Positions 22,545 to 33,600 of a DNA stretch of 64,000 nt are shown one piece after another; position 1 is the stretch's first letter, and each line of letters opens with the position of its first letter. Source of the DNA: Klebsormidium nitens (Eukaryota > Plantae > Klebsormidiophyceae). The DNA lies in NCBI GenBank assembly GCA_000708835.1, contig DF236996.1, positions 188,160 through 252,159 on the forward strand. Reading direction: 5' to 3'. The notes beneath the pieces are model-generated. The model was not told the origin of the DNA. It saw only the letters and a list, made by a program, of their open reading frames with translations, and made no database searches. Made by a program: the position numbers and the translations under genes.

Positions 22545-25500
22545 TCAAATCTGGGCATCGGAAGCGGACCCGCCAAACCTCGCCCTCCCGTACTCCCTAG
22601 GCGGCTCCTTCACCGGATGCTCGCTATAGTGGAGCCCGATCGACGCGAGCAAGGGGGGCGCGCGCGAGCTGTAAACGCGCACGCGCACTTTGTCGGTGAC
22701 CACGGCCTCGGTGGTGTGAAGCCGCTTGTGCCCAATAGTCGTCCCTCCGACGAGCGTGGTCCAGGTGCGCGTGTGGAAGTCGAACACTTGGACGCAGTGC
22801 TTCGAGATCCGCTGGCCCAGCTGGATCGGCTCCTGGAAGCGGACGAAACTCATGGTACGCAAAGGAGATGATGAATGAAGGGAAAATTTGAAGGAGACAT
22901 CACGCGTTTGGTAATCAAAATGTTTTGCGAGAGGGGCTGTTGTTCCTTGCTTGGGTTGACCACTGAAAGCGACTTGCTAAGTGTCTGACTGTCTCAGGGC
23001 TTGGATATGGATCTTGAGTCGAACAGAAGACCAGGAAATTACCAGTGACTCGACGGGTGTGCTGAACCTTGAACGCTTTCGTACGCATTCCAGCGCCCGA
23101 AGTATGCCACCTCTCGGCTCAAATTATAAACCGTGTGCTTCTTAACGGCTCTTGTCCAATCCAGTCCCAACGCTTTCCGTTGAGATGCCGCAAGAGAAGG
23201 AAGGCAGCGGAGAAGAGGCTGATCGAGCAAGCAGGAGGGAAGGAGCCGAACTTTCAAAAAATGGATCTCAGGTGGAAATCAATGGCCGAAAGGTACACAT
23301 TCCACACCAAGCACTTTCACTTACTCGTATATTAAGCTTCATATTTTGCTCTTTGATAATCATCATCATCGACCCTGAAAACCCTGTACCTGTAGCCTGA
23401 CGACGTTGAACGTCTTGTTTGCCGTCATATGCAGCTCGATTGTTGCCTCCCGCACGTCATCTTCGGTCGCCCAGTACGTCCGGATGTCGTCCGTTAGCAC
23501 CTGGGGGGGTCCAAATGGCCCGGAATCCGACCCCCCCCTGACGTTGCTGGCAGTCACGTTGCTGTCGGACGTTGCGTCAGTGGAGAAGATGTCGTCCAGC
23601 GCTTTGCGGAAGCCCCGGAGGGCGCTGACGTCAGCATCGTCGAAGACGCCCGCTCTGGAGGAAAGGGGAGGATAAACAGCTCAGTGAATGTTTATTTTAT
23701 CTTGTCTCGAGACGTTCTTGGGGGCGCCGATATTGAGACTCCTGCATCTTGCCCCTCATGCAAACGAATCGTGCTCGTGCCTCTCCTCATTTCCCACTTC
23801 TTATCTTACCAAATTGTTTCCAAGGTGGAAGGTCGCTATGGCGAGATACTCTCGTGACTTATCGAGAATGTCTGTAGCGCGTTCGATATTCTAGAGGGGT
23901 CCTCAATGCAGCTGCAACAAAGAGTCTTCGCAATATTTTGGAGGCATATCTAAGAGGTTCTCAGCGGAAAGACTGTGCTTCCGAGAAGACAATCATTTCA
24001 ATCAGCAATATCGCCTCGAAGTTTCGTAGCAGCACCTTGTCCATGAGGTGAATGACGTGATATAAGAGCCTGCGGATCTCTTGCTTTTACGAAAATGACA
24101 ACGGAATAGAGGTAAGGAACAAGCATGGAAGAAGAAAGAGAGAGAGGAGAGGATACCATCACACGTCTGTAACGCAGCAAGGAAAGGGGCGATGACTCTG
24201 AACCAGATCCGGCGTGAGAAGCGAACAAAGAGAAGACTTCGGAAGCTCCCATTGGTAATTCAAATCAAATGCGTCGCATAGGCTGATGTGCCAGAGTTGC
24301 CTGGATGAATGGAATTGTCTGGCAATTTCTAACGTTGCGCAAGCGATCGGATCAGACTTCAAGCGCGTTGTTCACAAGCTTTGATGTGCGTGTTGTACCC
24401 ACCAAAGGCTCCATCATTCTCCAAAGCAAATCCTCGCTCTACTGCAGTACCTGTTGGGAGGCACGTTCAGAATGAGATGCCCGTTCCGCCCAACAGAGGT
24501 GAAGTAGGTGCCGACGAGCACATCCACCGACTTGGGGGTTTCTTCCTGGTGGTAGAACCAACCGGGCCGAATCGAAGTGTCGCACTCGGGCGGAATGTAG
24601 TCGGGGCCCCCCTCCTCCCCCTCGGAGGCGTAGCTCGGGGTCGGGGGGTTAGCACCGATGTGGACCTGAGCGAGTTGGGGGGGGAGAAACTTGGGGACAG
24701 GGGGGGGGTGAAAGAAGGAAACATCAGGTGTTTGCGGGATTCGAAGCTTCGGAAGCGGCTGGGTGGGGGGACAACGAAAAATTGTCCAGGTCCCGAATCC
24801 GCAAGAAAAAGATTAGGGGGAAGGGGGGATGGGGAATGTGGAATTCGGCTGGCCCAGAACGCTGTAAAACGTCACCTGCTCGAAAAAGAAAAGTCATCAG
24901 GAGGTTTCGAACCGAGGGTCTGTGGCGTTGCCACGTGTCACGCACCTATTGGGCGGCACGTTCAGGAGCATGTGACAGTTCCTGCCCACGGTTGAGAAGT
25001 AAATGCCGAGCAGGGTTTCGAGCGGTTTGGGCGCTTGACCCGGGTGCCAAAACCAGGCGGGCCGGATCGACGTCTCGCACTCTGCGGGGGCGTAGTCCGG
25101 CTCCCCCTCCTGCCCGGTTGACAAATAACCGGCCACTGCAGAGCCGCCCCCAAGCTTGACCTGCGAGAAAAACGTGGCGCAAAGAATCTCTTTGAAAGCT
25201 TTTGTTAGAATTCTCGAGTTTTGTGCTTCAAGACAAAAACGATAGTCCGGGGGTTTTTCCTTGCCCCGTGACACATAATTGGCCACTGCAGAGCCGCCCC
25301 CGAGCTTGACTTGCGAGGGAAACACGGTGCAAAGAGACCTGTTATGGGAGTTCAGGTTTGATGCTGTGTTTCGCAACAAACGGAAGTATTTGGAAGGTGG
25401 ATGTCCTTGCAACTGTCTGAAAATGGGGGCGTAAATGTCCTGATTGTAGAGTCTGTGATCAGAGTCGTTGGTTCCCGCTGCATCCATACAAGGCAATATG

Positions 25501-28500
25501 AAACTATTGTGGGTATATTTCAGTTCGAGAATCAAGCTTTGAGCGGCTTTGAACACTATCAAAGCCAATCGCCGGAAATCTTTCGAACTGGGCATCGGAA
25601 ACATCCTCAGCCAAGGACGATGTCACCTTTTACGATCCGCTGAAGCTCAGCGTCCAGCCGCTCGAACCCAAATACCAAAATAAATGTCGTTGCCAAACAC
25701 GACCCCTCTTCTTGTCCTAGCAATAGACGACATTGGAGCTGAAAGAGACGACACCAAAAACACCACCGATGTATTGTAAGCGCTTGGACGGGATCTACAA
25801 AGCAGGAAGGCTTGGGAAAGCAGATCGATTTTGATGAAAATCTTTGCTTGCAGCTGCCGTGGGAGCAATCCGACTCAAGAAGAGTTGTGAAGGTGGGCGG
25901 GAGTAAAGAATCGCAAAAGAAGTCAAACCATGTCAAAATTGGATTTGGCACCTGATTAAATGACTCAAGCGCTGTTCTATCCTAACTGCGGCCCTCAACG
26001 GGTCTTGCTGTTCCCACTTTCATCGCTACGCTGCTTCACAAAGCTGGCCTCATTTTGCTTTAAGCAGACACACCTACTCATACGCGCTCTCTTTGAACGG
26101 ACAGCCGAAGCTTGACAGGACGGCAGGAGTATCTGTCTTCAAAAAGAAGAGCTGCAAAATAGATCGTCAAAGCTATCAACAAAGGCGAGCCCAAAGCTAC
26201 TTGTTCCCCTTCACCGAAACCAGCTGGACCGTTCTGCATCCAAATGGCGCCATCGCAAGGCGCCATCACAATTCAGTACAGATGACAGAAAAACGGAATA
26301 ATCTGCCAGGTGGCGGCTCACCTTCTTCCGGTCGATCGTGGCCCAGTTGGTCTCCCCAGCCCACCCGCCCTCGTTGCCCACCCACCGGACGTCCGGCCCG
26401 TTGTCCGAGAAAATCGCCGAGCCGGGCTGCAAAGAAAACCCAGATGGGTGATACTCATCACTCTAGTTCGTTCAGTAGCCACCACATATTTTGCGCCGAC
26501 ATCAACACCTTTGCAAACTGGAGTAGGAATGTCTCGAGGTTCGCCCAATATATTTTCACATTGATGCAAGTGATAACGTGCCGATTTAGTGGGCAAACTG
26601 TCGAGCGTGCCACAGACTGGGCCTAGGATTATGTTCTAGGCGTCACTCTGTCATGACGAAGACACTCTGTCATGGCGAAGAGGTGTCATCTGATCGTTGC
26701 ACCTAACCCGTGTAAAGCAACGAAAAGATCCGGCTCGAGTTCGAAGCGAGAAGATGGTTCAGAAACAGGAAAATCTTGATGGATCGGGTTTGCTGTTATT
26801 GAGACAGGTGGGACACGTGCCTGCAGCTGGTGGTTCAGCGTCATGATCTGGTCCCAGTGGTACTGCATCGCCTTGCCCCACGAGCCCTTGGCGCCGTCGT
26901 AGAAGTTGTACACAACCGGCCCGTAACTGTGTGCAGCAAAGCACACCCGAGCGTTACGTTGCTGATATCCGCTGTGCTAACTCTCGAATGAAGATTTCAA
27001 ACCATGCAGTCAACAAAGGTATCGGACTCCAGTTCCAGCTCCGGACTTCGTTGAAGTACATCCGCATGACAAAAAGTGGAAACGTGCAGAAAGTTTCAGC
27101 TCCAGACTGCTTCTTAGGTTTCGACAATCCTTGTTGCGACGTTTGTACCATTAATAAATGACCCGAACGTTCAGAAACTTCGCAGCACTCCGTAACGTAA
27201 ATCTGTCAAAACGTACCTTGCAGCCGGACGATGTATGGAAACACAAAAGCAAAAGAGACAACAATCAAGAACAAAAAAGATTCAAGAGCAAATGTACGTA
27301 ATGACGTTGCACTCACTTTGACATCAGTTCTGTTAGCTGCCCCATGTAGTACTCGTTGTACAGTCGAGTGTCCCCATAGACGGAGCAGTTTTGATCCCAT
27401 GGCGACAGGTAAATCCTGTAGAAACTAAGGTTCGTTATGGCCCAGCTACCATTGGAGGTTTTAAACTCAATCCAAGTAGAGCGGTTGGAAAGTATAGATG
27501 CTTTGCAGAAAAGTTCGGCGTTTCGAATTTGCAGCCGCCATTTTGAGCGCCCTAAAAGCTACGCCTTCATTGCCGAACCTGAGTCCTGACCGACTTCGGA
27601 AGTCAACTTCCGCAGCCAGCACCTAACAGAACATTCTTAAGTATTAGTGTTCTCAAAAATCGACATCCTTGGTAGGTACTATGCAATACGCTCTGGAGAA
27701 AACGAATCGGGGATGCCAATTGTGGACTCAACCGTCTCGCCTTCTTGGCTGTTGAGCGGTCTGCTGAACTAACATGAGAGCAGGGAACTGATTGAGAAGG
27801 TGCCAAACAAACGAGAGCGCACTTGAGGACTTCATGCATTAGCAATGAAGAAGCTTCGCGGCCAAGATTGAGGGGTGATCGTCATCTCGGACACGAAGAC
27901 CACGAATGCAGAGACGCGCAAGAACACTGTTGCTGAACGATTACACGAAACAAAGAACCTTTGACACTGCAGGCGCTCGCATGAAGAAGTGACGTAAGGC
28001 AATAAGTTGCCGGTGTAAATCAACGTATCTCGAAAAACCAGAGCTTGAAACTTGCCCGAATCCAACCCCGACACTTCTGGTGGCATCGGCCACCTCACGG
28101 ACGACGTCGCCCTTGCCATCTTTCCAGGGGCTGTTCTTCACAGAATGCTCCGTGTACTTGCTGGGCCAGGCGCAGAAGCCGTCATGATGCTGAAAGGACG
28201 AAGGAGAGGGCCAATTCACGACTTTGGCAATCAGTGGATTCGAACCAACAATCCGAATGAAAGCCAGACGAATCAAGCATTGACAGATTGGATTGAACGA
28301 ACAAAAGTATGACCATATCAACCGGGGTGTCCTATCATGGTCGATCTAACATTGGATACTTTCAACTGACGAGTATCAGAGATGGAACAGTACTCTAAGC
28401 CTAATTGTGCCTTTCTGCTTGCTCAGAAAACGGTTGTCTTGTGGGTTGAACTATAGATGCCTTGAACTCCCTCTCTGCGGCTAGGAACTGGTTGCTTAAA

Positions 28501-29890
28501 TGAGCTTGAGCAGATGATTCGTGGGGCTGAAGGTTTGGAGCATGACTATTAAGACTTTCTACATTCTATTGATGAGAAGAAGAAGCTCATTTACATGTCC
28601 ATTTGTGAATCATTTATAGAAAAAGAAGCAGATGATTCTAGCTCTGCTTACTTTGGCAACAATCACCAGGAACTTGAACCCCGTCTCCTTGGCCACACTA
28701 GCCCATTGAGTGGCATTGAGCCCCTCAGGGTTGAACAGCTCGGGGCTCTCATGGCCGTCTCCCCACTGACAGAAGCAACAGGGTATGAGAAAGAGTGAAT
28801 TTCTTGGTTTTCTTCTGACAATTGCATGTTTTGATGGCAAGTGCGTTACATGGCTGGATGCCCTGGGGTCACTTTCGAATTTCACTGGCAATATCTTCTG
28901 GTAGACAGCGCTGACAAACAAGCACTTGATGAGGAACCTATTCCAGCCAGAGTTTGCATGGCTTCTTCCTCGTAAGGTTACAATTGGTAAGGTCTTACCT
29001 CCTTGTCAGTATACGTGTTCATCCCGTAGTGCAGGAACATGGAAAGCTCTCCTTGCTGCCAAGCCAGCTGAAGTGGACACAAATGCCATTCAGCTAAGCT
29101 GGCCACACTTGTTTCACAAGACATGTTTTCTCTCAACCTTGCTTTTCTGAAGGAGTGACTAAGAGGCAGGATTGCAAACATTTCAAGATATGATAGAGAA
29201 GATTCTCACTTTGCTCTGCTGTTGGAGTCTGAAGCACCCTCTTTTTTGAACAGAGTGCCTTAGTCTACTTTCAATCCAGCACAGTGCATATCAATTCTTG
29301 GAAAGAAGAAGGTGGCTCTCTAAGGTGCAAACGTCATTCTTGCAACTTTTTGCAACTATGTTGGCCAAGACATGTTCTACTTGGTGCCTTGATTGATACT
29401 GTCTTTTGCCCAGTGTTCTTCTTGAAGGAAAAAGCAAGGTCAATACATTGTCAACCGTCATACACGTTTGGCTAGGTTGCGAAAGACTCACCTGCCGTGC
29501 ATTTGGAATAGGCATCAATGGTGCAGGCGGGAAGGGGGCCACATCATTCTCTGGTCCTGCCAACCAAGCTCCAAAGCTTTCCGTAATCCTTTGCACCACC
29601 TCTGTTAATTGGTGCAGAAGTGGCCATGATTGGAAACCAGCTATTTCACTAACTCTTGCTGCCTTTTCTTCCTCTGCTTTCCTGAAGCTAGCCTCCCAAG
29701 AAGTGACCACAGCAGGCTGCTTTGATTGAGGGAAGGGGTTCCTCAGCTTCAATGTGGAACTCAGTGCATCACCAAGGACACTTCTGGCTTCCACAGATGA
29801 TACATTGAGGAGGAAGGCTGTGACTATGCAGATTGTGAAAAGTAAGGAGCTGGTCGAAAGACCCAGATACTTGTGCATCTTGCCCGACAT
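22545..29890 (-). CDS. FUC1: Alpha-L-fucosidase, GH29 (plant FUC1/AfcB-like alpha-1,3/4 type) with C-terminal F5/8-type C-like domain
   Basis: Exons 29890-29492 (signal peptide...[10 protein letters not shown]), 29067-28999 ([14 protein letters not shown]), 28765-28652, 28189-28056 ([10 protein letters not shown]), 27415-27317 (IYLSPWD), 26926-26821 (FYDGAKG, nucleophile Asp), 26426-26322 ([10 protein letters not shown]), 25160-24946 or 24665-24451, 23654-23390 and 22832-22545 ([10 protein letters not shown]). Introns 4 and 6 are GC-AG. Confidence 0.96.
24451..24665 (-). CDS. Fucosidase exon 8B (mutually exclusive candidate)
   Basis: 215 nt, phase 0 to 2, ctcgctcag|...|gtactg; [72 protein letters not shown]. 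Confidence 0.88.
24946..25160 (-). CDS. Fucosidase exon 8A (mutually exclusive candidate)
   Basis: 215 nt, phase 0 to 2, ttctcgcag|...|gtgcgt; [72 protein letters not shown]. Confidence 0.9.
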
Positions 29891-30606
29891 GATATGTGCA
29901 AGAGGTGAACAGATTGACGCAAACGAACAAGAGAGACGTGAAGCACGCTCTAATTTGTGCCCAACTTGCAGCTCGATTGACCACCCCGTAGCTTGACAGA
30001 CCAAAACTCTCTGCAATGAGCAGCTAGCTGCACATTTTGCTGCACAATCTGAAGCGCATCCTCCAGCACGAATCCAGGACGAATGTTTCCACCAATTGCT
30101 GCACAAGCTTTCGCTGTCACAGAAGATTGAAAACTTCTTTTTGCAGGGACAAAATCCAGATTTTGCTCCCGAAGACCCGAGGTAATTTCGCCCTTTCTAG
30201 AGCGACCACATCATAGACAATAAGAGGGAGATTTCCCCAGAGGCCGTCATTGTGGTCGCCTCAGCTTTATCAAAACCGCCCGGTGCTCGGGCGGAACATA
30301 GAGCTGCGCATGCAGAAATGGCGGCCCTTGCGCAGCTGAAAACAAGCTCAGCTGGGCCAGTTGAAGTTGAAGCGCTGAGTTAGAGCGCCATGCGCCATGC
30401 CATTGAAATCGAAGTGGTGTCCCTGCGCATGCATATTCACAGGGGATGGGAGAGATCTGTGAGCGAGTCACCCCAGCGCGCCCCCTTAAGCATCCACGCT
30501 GCTGCGCCAAACCCAGTGGGACGCTCCTCAATTGGAGCTCCCACGAATACGACGGAAGCCTCCCCGGCGCCGGAAGCGCTCCTTTCTGAAACATCTTGTA
30601 ATCAGA
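29891..30606. promoter_or_regulatory. Putative bidirectional promoter between fucosidase and fucosyltransferase
   Basis: Divergent ATGs at 29890 (-) and 30607 (+), 716 bp apart. Inferred from geometry only. Confidence 0.55.
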
Positions 30607-33600
30607 ATGGGGCTTCCCCGCCCCTGGTTCATCCTCCTTCTCCTTCTCTGTGCGATCGCAATTGTTGCGCACCAGTCCGCCGCCCCAGTCACGCACTTCT
30701 TCTCGCAGTCAGGGGGGGGAGGCAGGAAGGTCGTGACGCTCGCTGACCTCGGCACGAGTCTCAAGCCGCCCAGGAGCAGCGCCGCTGATCTGGGGGGGTC
30801 AGAAGAGGGGCAGAGTTGGCAGGAAGCGCTGGGGGGTTTGTTCGGGGCGGGCAGCAATCAAGCAGATTTCCAGGGGGACAAGAGGGAAGTTTTCAACAAA
30901 GGGGACGGAACATTGAAAATGGCAGTGGACCGCCTGGGTGATGTCAGCTCGGGGGAAGCTGAGGTCAGCGACGGGGTTGCTGAGCTCAGTGGGGACGATG
31001 AGGTGGTGGTGGACTGGGGCCTGCTGACCGATCAAACAGAGGACCACTCTGATCCGAAAAGTGGCGCCTCGGGAGTGACAGAGCTGGAAAGTCTGGTGAA
31101 CCAAGAATCAGGATTAGCTGCGGGCGGAAAGAGAACAACGGATAGTGGAGGGCTCGGAGAGTCCACCAAACGTGCGGGAGCAGTGTTGAAGCAGCCGGTT
31201 GATCGGCCGATCACAGGGGCGCACGGAACTGTCATTCAAAAGCCCCCAAAACCCCCCCAGGGCTCGACGTGTCGGGAGTGGATGACCGATGAATGGGAGC
31301 GTTGGGAAGCGGGCTTCAGAGACTTTAGAGAACAACCAGTGAGGATATCGGACGCTGGGGCTCGAAGTTGGTTCGAGACGACGAGGGAGGAGCTCCAAGG
31401 ATGCGACATCGGTTGCGAAATGCATGCGGCGGGTAAGTTCTTGTTTCTTGACCAGCTAACGCAACGCGCTGCAAGGAATCTAAGCTGCTTCGAATTTGGT
31501 GAATGCGTCTGTCAATGCAATATCCAGTGTGTGGGTCCATATCTGACTCCCCACTAGAACGTTGGGGGAGTCCTGGCTTCCGCATTGGTGTGGTCGGTGA
31601 GCCAGGGGTACCTCCCACAGCCTGTGTTCACAGCCCAGAGTAACCAACTTTTTCTGGGCTAGTTGACCTTGTCGAGCGGGCTCACACAGAACACGGGGCA
31701 AAAGGTGCCCAAACCCGAAGTTCTTAAGGCTTGCTCTTTTGAGGCCCCGTCTACTTTCGTCAGCCATCTGCATTCGTCAGCCATTTGCGCCTTCACTTAC
31801 TTAGGTATACGCGTCTCCTCACGCGAACTTTTCCCAATTGCAAATGTTCCACGTCCTTCTGGCTTTAATTTGACATGCAGTACTCCTGCATAGTAGAACG
31901 TATTTGGGTCTGAATCTTTCTAGCCCGTAGCCTGAAATCCTGAGTCTCCATGTATTTTCTGCCTCCAGGCTCTCTTGACGCGCCCGATGGAACCACCGAA
32001 CACTGGGTCGGAGAAGTGCAACCGGGGCTCCCGTCAAGCGGACTTGTCACGTTGCGCAATGTTGAGTCGTTTACCAACTACCCCTCGATCGCGAACCCTC
32101 AAGCGCGAACGGCAGGCGTCGACATCCTGTCCAACTTTCGCCTAGATTCGGATGTGCCCCACGTGTACTTTTCTTGGAGCGGCTGCGTGTTCAACCTGAG
32201 AGGTAGGACGATCCAAAGATTTATTTCGAGGCTCTGCATCAATGACAAGGGGTGGGACTTCGGAGCGAAACAATTCCCAGTGAAACAATTTCGAACTCTC
32301 CCTTTCAACAGCCGCCCAAATCGAGTTTGGGGTCGTCAACACGGAGTGATCACCTTGATGTTGACCCTCGGTCTTTCTGCTGATATTATAACCATTCAAT
32401 GACGATACCGTGCGGTTCAAGACTAATTGCATGGGAAGGCGGGGCTTGCAACCTTGTCGGATCCATGTGCCGCCCCAATTGATGAAATGACGCTTAAAAA
32501 AATAGACGACTTTTCAACGACTTTCATCCAACCAATATTCAGATCGGCTTACGGAATACTTAGTTTGGTATGCCGTGCGCCTCTCGCATGACCGACGACG
32601 ATCACAATTTTGTCGGAATTTCGAGTTCGCAAGTCCTAAAAGTACATCCTAGCTCCTTGGAAACTGTGCAAATGAGAGGTCGACGCGTAGCCTTTCATTG
32701 CCACGTCTTTACTCAAACTTTTGCATTTGCTTCTCAGGCAATGACTGCAATGGTCTCGAAATCATGGGTCCCGTCCACAAGAAGACGGCCAAGGCGGCCG
32801 CGGCCGCGTTCATCAGCAATTGCGATGCCAAGAACTTCCGGACGGCGGCGGTCAAGGGCTTGATCGAGGTACGCACTTCTCGCCAAATTTTCTCCTTGTG
32901 TTCGATCGTTTACCTGACATGTTTTCTTTCAGGCCGGTCATGCAGAAGCCCCTTCTTTCCGTGCTGGAGTGTCGGTTCTCGTGTGACCTGTCGTCAATCC
33001 CGAAAGTACACATTGTGAGAAGTCGCGGCCTTTCGAAAGGGCATTGGATCGTAAATGGTTCTCAACCTGGAGCCGTCAAAACTGACCCAGATGCTTACTT
33101 TCCGGTCCAAGGTTCCTGGAAAAAGCACGAAATTCACAATGTCGAAGCTCGAGTGCAAAGAGCTGAACGGAACGGTCGGAAGGACTGGTGAACAGATCGC
33201 TTTCTGTTCCAAGTCTCCGCCTCACAAAGCGGCTGAACGAATCGCCCTTCAGGCACCATCGCAGTACGCGTAGGTTTATTTCGATAACGTCCGTTCCAAT
33301 AGGCAGTCTATGTTTTTGCGCATTGTCATGCTATCGCACGAAGGGCGCTGATCTTGGTTTTCTGGTCGACCCACCGTGCTATGCGAGATATACACACGTG
33401 TTCGTTTTCATCGAGAACGGGATTGTGTAGAACAACTTTGGGGACTGCGTTCAGACGAGGCTATTCCTTTAGACATTCAATCATATCGCACATGATTTTA
33501 CTATCTCAGAAATCGCACTGATGTTGGTATTCTGGTCGACCCATCTTGCAGTGCAGATTTCAGACACGTTCTCGTTTCTTCTAGAGCGGGCTTGCGGTGA

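Noticed and set aside
24666-24945. Distant branch point sterically enforcing exclusivity of fucosidase exons 8A/8B
   Set aside because: A ctgatgac plus pyrimidine run lies ~45 nt from the 8A donor, but several AGs intervene before the 8B acceptor, so there is no clean AG-exclusion zone. The mechanism cannot be supported from sequence alone.
24897-25604. 235-aa ORF containing [10 protein letters not shown] twice, as an internal protein repeat
   Set aside because: It reads through intron sequence. The first copy is an acceptor echo whose AG is mutated to AA, and only 25160-24946 is a real exon.
29891-30606. N-terminal extensions from ORF-track starts at 30106 (-) and 30532 (+)
   Set aside because: These are non-ATG or upstream in-frame extensions without recognisable features; ATG 29890 and ATG 30607 give a signal peptide and a signal anchor respectively.
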